Source: Podarcis filfolensis (taxonomy: Eukaryota). From it: a DNA stretch of 64,000 nucleotides. Below, piece by piece: positions 1 to 12,939 of the stretch. Below the pieces are notes generated by a model. It made no database searches and had not been told where the DNA came from. It worked only from the letters and a program-made list of their open reading frames with translations. Positions within the stretch are counted from its first letter, which is position 1, and each line of letters begins with the position of its first letter. A program made the position numbers and the translations under genes. Location of the stretch: assembly GCA_964270895.1 (NCBI GenBank), contig OZ185435.1. The stretch is one strand, 5' to 3'.

Positions 1-1792
1 AAATTAATCAATACACTGCAGGGTCTCACATTCCCTGCCATCAGACATCCCTGTGCATTGCGACTGTGAGCCTAAGAGCAACTATCTCACAGCTGTATAC
101 CCAGATATTGCAATCATCTCTTTGCAAGCAACTCTCACCCTCAAAAGTTGAAGACCACAAGGTTGAGGGAACAGCTACCTATGCATATTTATCTAACAAG
201 CATGGAGAAATATTACCCACCCAACAATGGAGCAGGAATTCTTTTTGTCCTAAAGACTAGAACACTCCATATGGCCTAGAGACAGGTCTCCCAAACATCC
301 CTACTCTATGAAGTTTTGCTCACATTCCTTTCTCCTGTCTGACGTTCCTTTATAGCTTCCCCAACCCTTTGCCCCTTGTGATTAGGCACCTACCACAGGA
401 GTTTCTTGCAGGTGCTGTGAAACCCAGTACTAAGTCTCAGCTTCTACAGTAGGTCGTTTATGCAGGAAGGCTGACGCATGCTTCCCAGAGAAGGATAATC
501 CGTGCTATTTCTTCATCAGGCCAGAAAAAAAGAAAGAAAGACTGCATGACTCCTTACCCAATTTAAGAACTTAAAAAAAAAAAAAGAATCTCTGTAGAGA
601 TCATCCCCCAGCTAAGGCCCCTGAGAAAAGGAGCCGGGGTTGGTACCCTGTTCAGGCAACAGCTATTAGGCTGTTATATTGTGCTTGTCGCTTGGGGAAA
701 GAGTCAGCAGTTCTGTGCCTAAACTTACAGATTCCTTCTATGGGATATGCAGAACATGATACTTCAAGTGTAAAGACTGGAGAGCAATCAAGCTTCCATC
801 CACTGAGCTGTAATGGTGCTAAACCTCACAAAGCAAGCCACATATTAAACAAGAGGTACAAATTAAGGCTACCCCAAAAGAGCTTTAGCTCCAATGGATC
901 TTAGAAGCAATATTACTGCAAATACCCCACACCCTTCCTTCTATCCCTGCCGCTGCCACCACCACCTGAACAGTGCAATCAAGCCCCCTGAGACCTTTCA
1001 ATAGCTGTGATGATAGAGCAAGGTGCAGATATCGTGTAAAGCAGTCTAAATGCACAGGAGATGTCATTACGTGACATATGACCACAAGTCTGGCATCCAA
1101 AAAAGGATAGATCTGAAACCTATTGAATTACTCAGTTTTTGCACAAACTATAGAAAACAGAGGTGAAGGGTGTTTATATACACAAGGTTGTGAAGAACAC
1201 AGCAGGAAACATGCAAAACGTTTACAAGGGCGTTATTTTGAGTTTTTAAAGGAAAAAAAACAAAATCTCACATTTTAATGAGGATACTGTAGTTACAAAA
1301 AACTAAGCATGCTAGGGTTTAACAAAATACAACATCAACTTTGATTAAATTTCACTGCAGACAAAGGCTGATAATCACACAGGAAGGAAAAAAACAGTAA
1401 GTGCCAGGGCAAAAATGCAGCTACAATCAGGAGAAAGTGTAGTTCAAGTGTTTTCTGCTGAGGCTACTCAAGTCAAAGAATACATGCTGTCTCCTCAAGC
1501 ACAGAAAATAGATTCAGCAAAATGTGACCAGAAGCCTCCTAAATTTTTAAAGTCGCATCATTTTACCTTTTCCTTCAAAGATTTGTTTTAAAACTAAGCA
1601 CACAGAAAAAACTAAGCCTAGAAAGTGATTGGCTGTATGTTCACAGAAATACAATACTCCACGAGGTATGCTAGCAAGGCTGCTCTGAAGACAGTTACAA
1701 AGAATCAGAATCACAAAATCAAGTGGTTATCTTACGAAGTTCTAGAAAAATAGAATTCTTTTATATTCAAATGCAAGTTTAAATATTCCCCT

Positions 1793-2118
1793 NNNNNNNN
1801 NNNNNNNNNNNNNNNNNNNNNNNNNNNNNNNNNNNNNNNNNNNNNNNNNNNNNNNNNNNNNNNNNNNNNNNNNNNNNNNNNNNNNNNNNNNNNNNNNNNN
1901 NNNNNNNNNNNNNNNNNNNNNNNNNNNNNNNNNNNNNNNNNNNNNNNNNNNNNGACGANNNNNNNNNNNNNNNNNNNNNNNNNNNNNNNNNNNNNNNNNN
2001 NNNNNNNNNNNNNNNNNNNNNNNNNNNNNNNNNNNNNNNNNNNNNNNNNNNNNNNNNNNNNNNNNNNNNNNNNNNNNNNNNNNNNNNNNNNNNNNNNNNN
2101 NNNNNNNNNNNNNNNNNN
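1793..2118. other. Assembly gap or masked run of N with a 5-nt island (gacga, 1954-1958)
   Basis: Directly visible N runs 1793-1953 and 1959-2118. Confidence 0.98.
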
Positions 2119-2669
2119 AGAATGGGCACTGTACAATGAGACCTCTTGGGGAGGGGAGTTGACAGGGAAGGGCAGCACATGCCAACAACGAACAAGTAAA
2201 AGTTGAAGTGCATAAGACACCAAATAAATATCAAAACGACCAGAAACCAGATAGAAGTAGAGGCCTGGGATTTCCTTTAGACACTAGCTACAGAATGGAC
2301 TATGGCTTAGTGGCATACAGACAGCTGTGCAGTCACCACAGCCCTGAGCCAGTGCTCCTGCTACCTCTGCTTGAGGAAGACAACACAGAACTCCTCCTCT
2401 GTTAGATCTTGAATCCATAAAATGTGGTTCCAGGGTGATTTTAAGAGATGGGGGGACACAGGAGGAACCACTGGGGTTGATGGTTGATTATACTTTCTTC
2501 TTTCCTATCATGCGACATACATAGGCAGTAGTAGCCTAAGAAATCCATCCTCTGTTTCAGCTATTCTTTAGGAAACAAGGATACTGGCTGTTGGTTTTAG
2601 AACCAAAAAATGACGTGTAAGATACATAAATAGAAGTGAAACCCTTATGAAATAGGAAGGAATTAAGAC

Positions 2670-2712
2670 TTTATTGCAAGTCAATACTTGCCTCAGCTGA
2701 GCCCTTTTTATT
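2670..2712 (-). terminator. Candidate proximal polyadenylation signals of CELF1 (two AATAAA)
   Basis: Plus-strand tttatt at 2670-2675 and 2707-2712 reads AATAAA on the CELF1 strand. Confidence 0.45.
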
Positions 2713-5700
2713 TAATACCTACAAATAAACGTTTGCAACTTTTTCAATAAATAAATCCTTCTCCCTGACTTTGTGAGGTGGAATTCTGGGCTCTCATAAG
2801 TTCTACAGTCACTGTTACCAGTTTGAGTGGAAGGAATTTTGTCTGAGCATCTTGACATTTTCTCAGAATTGATAGAATCTCCAATAAGGGTACAACACAA
2901 GAGATGTGATTTGCATGACAAATACATTTAAGCATTCTGTTAATGACATGGAAAACTGTCTGAGGCAGCATGTGATTACTGGAAAAAGCAGGCTTGTTAG
3001 GTTTACTGTAACTTTTATTCCAATTACAATTAAAGGCATATAATATTCTCATTTAAAACATACGGTTGCATTTCATTTCAGTGTTTAAAAGTTTATTTTT
3101 CTATTTGTGTGTGTGAATTCCCAAATGAAAACTGAGCTTCTGTTTACAAGTGCTAAGGTATTCTACTGTCTTAGATTTTTGATCTTAACATGTACATCAA
3201 GCAGAATCTGAAAAGTAGATTCTCTCTCTCCCCCCCCCCCCCCCCGCCCCAGGACACACTTACAAGGCTGAAGGATATTCATATATTTACTCAAGTTAAA
3301 ATGTTACAGAGGAGATGCAGACTATTGTGAGGCAAATTCATCAGCAGTTGTTGAGAGCCTTTTTTTAATTACAAGAATAAGGCTTTTCTTTGGGGTGGGG
3401 GGTGAGATATGCCTCAGGAATGCCAAAGTCAGCCCAAAATACTTTTCAGTTCAACGTTTCTTCTTTTATTGATTCCAGATTTGTCTCTGCATGTTACCAG
3501 ACACTCAATTTATTTTGAGAACTTGTTTTAATCTAAAATACATCTATGATTGTTTTAGGTTAAATACAACTTAAGTTGATACATAGCAGCCTGTATTTCT
3601 TAATAAAGAACAACTAAAATTGGCTGTGCTTTCCAATTTGATCCCTTTGTCATACTGGATCAAACATAGATAATAATCTGGTCTCCTACAGAGGGATAGG
3701 CAAAAAGGTAACATTCAGGGTTTTATGTCAAAGGATCTGTTCAAACTTGGAAAGGAAAAGGGATGGAGGAAATTAAAAACTGTGCAGAACAACCCACAAT
3801 GTGACAGATAGGCCGTAATCCTAAATGTGGAAAGCTGAATTTGTGTGTGCGATTTCCTTGCCAATAGAGAACCTACTCCAGAGACTTAGTTTTATTACTT
3901 GTTTTGAAAAGCATGAATGGGCAGATCAGAATTAAACTGAGGGAGGGGAGAGGCATATGGGGTTAAAGTCCTCTAGTTAAAAGTAATTCAGAGCACCAGC
4001 AGGGAAGGCGCAGCAACTTTGCCAATACACACCAGAGTCCTGATTTCTGGAATTTAACCTGGAAAGTTTACTTTGGCAATTCTCAGGTGGGATGAGAGCA
4101 CTCACATAAATCATACTTCTCAGATTATAAAACCATCTATACCCACTTGCTGTCATGTTAATTTAACAGGAGGTGATTTGCCTTACAGTTTCCATGATGA
4201 GAGCATATATGCTGTTTAGGAATATTATGGACACTAAATAAAAGGGTGAGCAAACAGATAATTCACAGAAAACTAATTTGGGTAGTCAAAACAAAAACAA
4301 AAATGTAACTGAGGGCGCAGGGGAGAGGAAGTACTGGGAGAAGTGACTATAGAGAAACTTGAGCACAGCTTTCCCTCTCCACTAGTTCACAGCATTAATT
4401 CTTTTCCTATTTAGCAGCTTTTCCAACTGCAGACAGGTCACTGAAAGTCAGTAGTTTCAATCATGCACATTGCTGTATGTATGTGTAACACAATCACATT
4501 CAGGATTATGCAAAACCCTGTTTTTTCCAGTGAAATAATTTAGATAATAAATATTCTCCACCCTGGAGCAGTATAAAACTTCTATAAAAATAGAAACAAC
4601 ATTCTTGGTTATATCAGGTTGCAAATGGAGCAGCTGCTCCCAACCATGACACCCGCCCCCCGAAAAGTATATTATTTATTTATTTTTAAAAATCCCATGA
4701 CAACTCTGGAAGCCTCAACACTCCAATACTCCCCCCCACTCAGAATATCAGGACACAACTTTTCCTAGTGCACAAAATTCAAATGTATACAGTTCACCTA
4801 AATGTATGCATATGCTTCTGAATAGACCCAAATACTGAACACAGAAGGGTACCATATGCCAGCATAAATGGGAAATTTGGCAATCTGACCATTCAACCTT
4901 TTTTGCCACCATTCTGTGTGCTTTATAATACTGACAGTTTGCATCAACAATACTTCCAAATTCACGAGAAAAATATTACTTGATCCTGAGAAGGAAGGCC
5001 CAATACATCTTATACTTCTGAGGTTTGATACACCAGGGGACCCAGTCCCTGGTTATGTTTGATTTCCAAGTTTCTGGCACATTCTTAAATAGCATTTCAG
5101 GCTCAACAAGCCTTGTGGCTCTTCCTGACAGAGTGAACTGAAAGCCTTAAAAAAAAAAAAAAAAACTGCTCCCTGCTCCCCTAAACACGATTCCCAAACA
5201 CATTGTGGGTTGACTGGGGTGCTGTGAAAAAAACATAATAAAAAAATGGGGCCAAAGAGACGAATAAACTGAGGACACAGGAATGCAGTGAATCTATATA
5301 TAACACCGTTCATTTCCTCACAGATAGAGGTGGCTTTTTGTAGCTTTAGAGCTAGCTTCTACACTGACTTCTTGCCATGGCTGAGGCCAGAATGTCAAAG
5401 TTCCCTTTAGTCCCATGTCATCAGTGTGTTCAAAAAAAACAAACCACCCTTTAACATTTTGGCAAATTCATACGTGTGGAAAAAAATAAGTGTGTATTAG
5501 AAGGGGAAGAATTCTGAGTTGTGAGTTAAAATATATTGGGTGATAAACAATAGCAGGATCAAGATCCTGTGCAGCAGATTCAGCCCTTTGTGTTTTATAT
5601 TGGCACATGCACTCAAAGGAAAACTGCAATGTAGCAAAACAGCAACATACGAAAAATCAAACTATATAAGCAAAAAATGTGATCTTTGGGGCCGTATTAT

Positions 5701-6717
5701 TCTGGATGTTCAGCTAAAGAGTGTGCGCAAAAAAGCAGAATGTCAGGAATCAAAGAACCATGAGCTTATTTAGAAGCCATCTGTCAGTTTAGTACTTAGG
5801 ATTTAAATAGTGCTTTATGAACACTGATTCTAGTAATATCTTTATGTACAAGCTGTAAAACTGGGGCAGAAGCAGCAAAGGAAATTCAATCAAGACATAC
5901 AGAATTTGCAGCAGATCATGAGCAAATTGTGGGGCTAAGATGTATACCTCCATCATAAATTGCCTAGTTTCCATTAAACAACAAATACTGGAAAATTGGA
6001 AGTATCCAATTTTTAAAGGTTGTTCTGGCTGGATTGTAAATGTTTGCTCTAGAAACACAATTGGATCATTTTGTAAGCTGACCACACACTCATAATTACT
6101 GCAGTTTTCCTTTAATACATGAATCTGTTTGCCCAATTACTTTTCTCCCACCCTAGTGACTGATTCAGTATAACATTCTCCCATAAGGCATTAATTAAGT
6201 AAAGCTGGGCAAATGAGGATTTGGCAATGTTCCTTGAGGGTCTGCTCACTAACCAGCCACCAAGTGATTTGGATTCAGATTCTCTCCCTCCCTCTTTTCA
6301 TGAATATAACTTGGGGTCTGGCAATAGGTCTTTTCTCCTTCTTAAGTCTAAGTCATGCAATGTCAGTTCCAATTGCACCTGGTATCTCCCCATCTCCCCA
6401 AGGTGGCTGGCATTGGTCCTTCTCAAAACACACTGGTTACAAACACAGCAAACTTAAAAAAATAATAATCAGCGATATGGCACCTAAACTCCAAAGTAAA
6501 ACACTGGAAACAGAATCACAAACTCGTCCTCCATCCGAAGAATTCCCAGTAGAGGCTGCAGCCGAGTCTTCGGGGGAAGATGTGCCAGTTAGAATGACAT
6601 CAATCAGCTTCTGTGACTGTAAAAATACAGCCTTAAAGAGTTTTTGAATCACCAGGCACACTCCTCCCCAACTTACCAGAAGATCCTTCTCACTCCAGTT
6701 CCAGAGGGGAGGGGCGC

Positions 6718-6845
6718 TCAGTATGGCTTGCTGTCATTCTTAGAGCGCTTGAGCTGTACTTTCAGTCGCTTCATGCCAATTTGAAATCCATTCATTGACT
6801 GGATGGCAGCCTGTGCAGAGACTGGATTGTCGTAACTTACAAAAC
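6718..6845 (-). CDS. CELF1: CELF1 last coding exon (end of RRM3: [41 protein letters not shown])
   Basis: Acceptor ttttcttag|GT at 6847-6846, TGA at 6720-6718. Translation matches the CELF1 C-terminus. The exon continues non-coding to a GTAAGT donor at 6676. Confidence 0.97.
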
Positions 6846-7939
6846 CTAAGAAAAGGAAAACATACATTTAAAACATTTATGTTCAGACTGGAGTGGGAAT
6901 AACCCATTCTGTTTTTGTATCTTGACATCATCATCTGTGCTTGCACTGGTACTGCAACCATGAAGTGTATGAACTGTTCATAGGTTTAGAGAATATAAGA
7001 GGGCTACGATTTTTTTTTATTAAAAAAATCACAAGGGAGGCCAGTTTCCTTATGACTCAAACGAAAGAGTACGCAGGTGCTTTTCTGAGCTATAGTAAAT
7101 GACTTCTTACATTAACTGTGATATTTTATGTGAAGTGTAAGTTGCAGAGTTTGAAGTTCTGCTCCAGCTGCTTCTAAACATTAAGTTCAGTACAGTATTT
7201 ATTAGCCCAGTACAGCCAGGGATTGTGACCACCAGACAGGGTGCTGTGTTAAGGAGAGCTGAGATGACTAGTGGCAGACAGCTGGTAAAACGTAAAGTGC
7301 TAGTGAGTATAAATAGGGAAACGGCTGAATTCAGTACAATGCTAAAGGCTACAACCAAGTAGAATATGTTTGGACACTGAACAAATAGGCATTTTAATCA
7401 CTAAATTGCAGAGCATAGGAGGATTCTGTCAAGTTCCCTTCTGCTGAATTTAAAATTCTGTTCCCAGGAAGGCAAAACACATCAACACTAAATATACCTG
7501 CCTGCAATTATATACCCGGTTAAATACATACAAGTCCCACCAATGTCAATGGGAATTGCATAGAACTGAGTAAGTAGTCAGGACTCAAAGCCACAAGATT
7601 ATAAGATAATGTTAAGCAAGGCCAATAGTGCACTGCATTAGAAAACTATCTGTTTATTATGTAGAGTGAGGTGTGAGTGCGAGTGAGATATGGTGGTGGG
7701 GTCTATTTTCCCTTTTGGAAGCAGCCCTTGGTGCCTGAAAGGCCTCTGATGGACTACTGTGGGATGGAAGGAACTGAAAAGCTCTGTGCAAACATAGAAC
7801 ACCATATCCTGATCCAAAAGGGTTTCATAAACCTTGTTTTGCTACCTACCTAGGTCTAGAAAAAGCTAGGAATTGTGTTGAAAATGCCAAAAAGAGGACC
7901 TGTCTGATAGCAAAGAAATTCTAGTATTAAGAAGGTAAT

Positions 7940-7987
7940 TGAAAGGGTAACTAGGATAAAGTTTTGAAAGGGTAACTAGGATAAAGT
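7940..7987. repeat. Short tandem duplication (tgaaagggtaactaggataaagt x2, period 25)
   Basis: Two identical 23-nt copies at 7940-7962 and 7965-7987. Confidence 0.9.
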
Positions 7988-8603
7988 CATATGAAACGTG
8001 TGCCAGTTATTAACTATTCTTTTCATGTTTACTTCTGCTATAATAAGTTATGTTACATACTGGAGGGTATCACCTGCCTCCAAAATGAATCTACACATAA
8101 GCCACTGTGTCAAAACAATCTATATCAGAACAGAAGGAGGGAGGCAAGGATGTGATAAGTTGGTTCAAAATCGGCAGAACAAGACTCATACATCTACAAA
8201 AGGTATTTCATGTGTTTGAAACACATGAAGAAATATTGGGATGGGTTGTCAAGCATAGGTCAGGCCAAGCTTTATGGTTCGTGGGCTGCATTCCAACTGG
8301 TGAGTATGAAGCTGCACAGGCGTGTCCTCGTTATCAAAGATATCAATGAACTGGTGAATATCAAGTTATCAAAGAAGTTTCATCAGATATTACTTCATGA
8401 AGGGGCAAAATCCTACAATGTAGCAAAACAAATCTTCATGGTCTGAATCTCATTAAGCTAGGTTTTGAGAGATACAAGTGGCTCATGTGATTCTATCATG
8501 CTCGCACAGCAGTGAAGAGCTATGCACACAAAAGTTGCTTTCATATTAATTTTATCTTAAGGAAAGGAATTAAGAACATTTCTACAAAATATACCCAACA
8601 TAC

Positions 8604-8747
8604 CAAAACATTTGCTCAGATTGGTCTGCTTGTCAATGAAAACCTTGGCGGAGACAACATTCCCAAAAGGCATGAACATCTGCAGCAAATCTTGGTCCCC
8701 AAACTCCTGGGGGAGGTGGTAGATGAACAGATTGGCTCCCTCTGGAC
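8604..8747 (-). CDS. CELF1: CELF1 coding exon, RRM3 ([48 protein letters not shown])
   Basis: Lies within ORF 8557-8829. ttttcaag|GT acceptor, G|GTATGT donor, 144 nt. Confidence 0.97.
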
Positions 8748-9570
8748 CTTGAAAATATCCATTTAGAGAAAAATTCAAAGAAAGCACAACTCTTTGGCTA
8801 TTAATATTGAAGCAGAGATCAAAACCCATTCAGTTCTCAAGAGCTAGGGATGGTTCCAGAGTACTAAGAGTCATTCAACTCAAACTTGGCTCTGTCAGTG
8901 AAAAATCTGTCCACTTCCTGCCAAAAAGCAGCAGCTTTTAAAAGTGTGTCTTCTCAGTCTTAGTTTCTAAATCATGTCTTCAGCAGGTAGGGGGGGAAAT
9001 CTAACAATTTCATACAAATGTGAAATGAATCTTTACAGCTAATTATGTGGGCACAAAACTAGCTTCCAAGTTCCTACACCTTCCTTTCAAAGCCAGTCAT
9101 CAATGATGCATTTACCATGAGCACACCAATGTGCTCTCTACATTCTCAATAAAGTCAGTGTCCTACAACCTTACTAGACTGTTGTACAGACTGAAGTTAT
9201 TGTGTATGAAATGCACCGCTTGAAATATGAAAGCTATTCCCCACTTTCCCAGGAATCTGGAACTGTTAAAGATTCTAAAAGAAGGGATAAAAACAAAATT
9301 TATGAAGGTTTTCAAAATTAAATGCAGCAGTGAAAGGAATATATATATATAGACAGAGAGAGAGAGCGTGTGTGTGTACCTGGATGCGTAACAATAGCCA
9401 AAGGCTACTAGAAACAGTCTATGTACATTAGCCATTTGAGGCCAGGGAGCCAAAATATTTGATATTTTAACATAATGTTTGTCTGTGGTTTCTATTGTTT
9501 CTCTCTCTTGCAAAAGTACTGGACTCTAGCTCTTAGAGAACCAACCTTCCCACCACTGTCTTTCACCTAC

Positions 9571-9756
9571 CTTCCTTTTGACTTCCAGCTGCACCAATAC
9601 TCTGCTGCGTTAACAGACTCTGGTTGTAAAGTGTGGGCAAAGCTGCAGCGGCATATTGCTGGATCCCAGAGTAAGCCTGAGATAGGGCCTCCATAGTGCT
9701 CCCTGTGCCATTTGAGAGACCACCACTGCCTAGTCCACCGTTTAAGGCTGCCATTC
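9571..9756 (-). CDS. CELF1: CELF1 coding exon, divergent domain ([10 protein letters not shown]...GAAGSQKE)
   Basis: Lies within ORF 9563-9811. tctgcttag|GA acceptor, G|GTAGGT donor, 186 nt. Confidence 0.96.
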
Positions 9757-9882
9757 CTAAGCAGAAAATTTGAATGTCAGTGATTGATTTGTCAACCAGT
9801 TTTAAAATCATATGTTATTATTAAGGGAAGCTGAGAGGCAACCGGAACAAAGGGCTCATTTTTTTCTTCATGCTAAACATAC

Positions 9883-9993
9883 CTGCTAAAGAGCCAACGT
9901 TGAGGCCTGCAGTAGCCCCTGCCAGTGTTTGCAGTGCTCCAAGAGAAGCCATTGGGTTAACAGAGGAGCTGCTACTGGAACTGGGTGATGATC
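9883..9993 (-). CDS. CELF1: CELF1 coding exon ([37 protein letters not shown]); alternative start 9996 via a TAGCAG tandem acceptor
   Basis: Lies within ORF 9821-10042. ttttaatagcag|GA acceptor, G|GTATGT donor. Confidence 0.95.
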
Positions 9994-11758
9994 CTGCTAT
10001 TAAAATGAAAGCATTAGACACCAATAGCTGCTTCCAACGCAATCACATCTTACTACTTTCTCCAAAATGTTCACTAAAAAATGTTGCATCGAAGGTTTCA
10101 GTAATTTATACCAAGGATAGTTATACCAAAACTTAAAATTCCCCAATTGTGTACAGCAGTGTATTTTTATACAAAATGGAAGCCCTGGGATCTGACCAGC
10201 TGTAAACTTGTATGACCCCAGAAAATTCAGATTTAATCATGTTTCACTTTATTGTATGAAACTCTGAGCATATTAGTAGATGTTAATCTTGGGGGTGCAA
10301 ACCTCAAAGCCTGTTTCACTGGTAACCTTGTGCCTAGACACTAAGGCAGGCAGGGGTCCACAAATGTTGGCATAGTTTACAAGCCAGCCATTATTTGAGG
10401 TCATCACCAATTTCCTCCTCAGAATCTCTGAAATGAACAGATGCCTTGGGAGACGGAGTCTCTCTCATTTGTATGGTGTGTGGAGAAAATAAAAAACCAG
10501 CAGGGTTGCTGAGAAGGGACCTTTGTTGTTTGGTAAGCTGACTGGAAACCACAGTAGAAATGAGACCTCTGGGTAGGGACCTGCACAGTATTGGGTGCCT
10601 TGCTCAACAGAGGCTGGGTACACTTGCCCTGATCAACTGGCAGCTAGATATGTTGATGCATGCACAATGGAAGCTGATCTGACATGAATCTGTACCATGC
10701 TGCATTACTGACATTTGAGTTCTACTACTTCAGAAAAGTTGACTGCTCAGTAGTTGATCATGATATACCCAATCAGTTCCCAAGTACTCCCCCTTTGCTA
10801 CACTCTAGCACAGAGGTGGGGGATGTCTGGTCCAGGACCAATGTGGCCGTCCAGGCCTCTCTATCAGGCTCTTAGGGCTCTTCACAGGCCACAGCCCTTC
10901 AAAGCCTTGCTCCACACCTCCCTCTAGTTCTTCTGGCCTGGCAGGAATGTGTCCTTAAACTGTAATACCTCTTGCTTGACTGGATGGAGAGATGCATGTG
11001 TCGAAACATCTGACCTTTTCGTGACTGGACTGTAGCCTACTGTACAAAGGTAAAGAGTCACATCCATTATCCCACTCATCACTGGTATGCAGGCCCCAGA
11101 AGGCTGCCCATGAGAGAATGTGACCCTCAGGTTGAAAAACGTTTTCCACTCCTACTCTGGCATTGGACTTGCTAGATAACTGGGACCTCTTTAGTTTCCA
11201 TTCTTTCTCATGAAGTCCTTAAATGAAATCCCTTAATTTCCTTCAAAGTCACCATTCATTTCCATGTATCAAAGTACAGCACTGCACTTAGGAAATGCCA
11301 ATGCGTGGCCTGGTGTGCCTGCATCTGTGATCAGAATGCAAATTATCTTCTCCCAACTAATTATGACATGCAACCCTTCTCTCAATTCCACTTGACCTTG
11401 CAATAATCTAAAGCAAGTTGAAAATTGGAGAATCAGAACACAGGAGAGAAGATCAACTATATTCTGAAAAAGAACACCTTCTTGTGGAAGATGGCTTCGA
11501 TGTTTGAGGACTACTTCACATGTTAAGCAGAAATGCATTTTATTTACAGATGCAACATATACCCACTTCTATCACATATGCTGAAGGCACCTACACTGAT
11601 TTGTTTCATGTTGTGTAAACAGCAGAAATGTGTTTTGGGGAGGCAGGACTAATCAAGTCTCCCCACAAAAAAGCTTATGATTTAATGAGTAGCCGGCTCA
11701 TTGTCATGTGGCCTTAAGATATGCAAAACTGTATTATACCAAGACATGGCTCTCTTAC

Positions 11759-11887
11759 CTGAACTGGTGAGCACACTTAAAGGGCTGTTAGAAGAATTGA
11801 GTGCAGTGGTACCACTTGGTGTGCTCTGAGCTGCGCTGGCTGCAGCTGCTAATGCAGCTAGGTTCTGTAACTGCATTGCATTCAATC
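11759..11887 (-). CDS. CELF1: CELF1 coding exon ([43 protein letters not shown])
   Basis: Lies within ORF 11682-11885. gtgttgcag|GA acceptor, G|GTAAGA donor, 129 nt. Confidence 0.96.
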
Positions 11888-12089
11888 CTGCAACACATCA
11901 ATGAATAGTGTTTCTGTTCTGGTACCACTAAGCACTAAATCATTGGTGAACCCAGCAGCCTATTTCTCCAACAGCATTTAGAAGTTGCTTTATGGAGGAG
12001 AGTGAAGCCTAACATTCTCAAGCACCACAAACTCCTGATGCAATAAGGTTTTTTTTTACTAATATTCTCACCTAGAGGGCAACAACGTA

Positions 12090-12710
12090 AGGAGAGCCTA
12101 CTGGATCAGGCCAATGACCACTTCATCTGGCATCCTGTTCTCACAGTGGCCAACCAGGTGATTGTGAGTAACCTGCAAGCAAGACCGGAGCGCAAACAGC
12201 ACTTTCCTCTCATGCAATTTCCAGCAAGTGGAATTCAGCATACCGTATTTTTCACTCTATAAGACGCACCAGACCATAAGACGCACCTAGTTTTTGGAGG
12301 AGGAAAACAAGAAAAAAAATATTCTGAATCTCAGAAGCCAGAACAACAAGAGGGATCGCTGCGCAGTGAAAGCAGCGATCCCTCTTGCTGTTCTGGCTTC
12401 TGAGATAGCTGCGCAGCCTGCATTTGCTCCATAAGATGCACACACATTTCCCCTTACTTTTTAGGAGGTAAAAAGTGAGTCTCATAGAGCAAAAAATACG
12501 GTACTGCTTCTGACCATGGAGGCAGAATACAGCCATCATGGCTAGTAGTCATTGAAAGCCCTATCTTGCATGAATCTGTACCTAATCCTCTTTTATAGCC
12601 ATCCAAGTTGGTGGCCATTACTACTTCCTGTGGGAGTGAGTTACATATTTTAATGATGTGCTGAGTGACAAAGTACTTTCTTTTATCTGTCCTGAATCTT
12701 CCAACATTCA
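12090..12710 (-). mobile_element. Old CR1-type LINE 3' fragment, interrupted by a MITE at 12243-12501
   Basis: Recognisable CR1 3'-end phrases (catcctgttctcacagtggccaacc; ctgcttctgaccatggagg; tactttcttttatctgtcctgaatc). Confidence 0.65.
12243..12501. mobile_element. Non-autonomous Tc1/mariner-superfamily MITE (Tc2-like TIRs) with an internal 35-bp hairpin
   Basis: TA-CCGTATTTTT...AAAAATACGG-TA termini, 259 bp. Confidence 0.85.
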
Positions 12711-12939
12711 TAGCATAGGCAAAGGTCAGACAAAAGCAGACTTTTGGAGTTAGTAAAATGATAAGGAAATGCACTAAAAAGTGTGGGATTAATGGGGAGG
12801 TATTTAACCATTCTGCAAGTAACTCAAGATGAATGCAGGATGAATGTTATTTGACACAAAAGCTCATCACAAACAAATCAGAATGAATGCTCAATGAAGT
12901 CTAGACATTGTCTAACATCTGTGTAAGCCTGGTGCAAGC

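Larger units (their letters stand above)
1100..5293 (-). other. CELF1: Probable terminal 3'UTR exon of CELF1 (long, U/UG-rich)
   Basis: U-rich minus strand with no coding signal, downstream of the stop and of a 3'UTR splice donor at 6676. Candidate acceptors at 5295-5294 (tatatag|ATTCAC) and 5223-5222 (ttttttttcacag|CACC). Distal end uncertain. Confidence 0.55.

Noticed and set aside
1732-2234. Three 148-163 aa ORFs
   Set aside because: Artefacts of translating through the N run.
6213-6647. 144-aa plus-strand ORF antisense to the CELF1 3'UTR intron
   Set aside because: No recognisable domain, splice context or promoter; within chance expectation.
6611-6676. Possible 60-66-nt micro-intron from the 3'UTR donor to nearby ttttacag or tcacag
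   Set aside because: At or below the usual vertebrate minimum intron size; the distal acceptors are more plausible.
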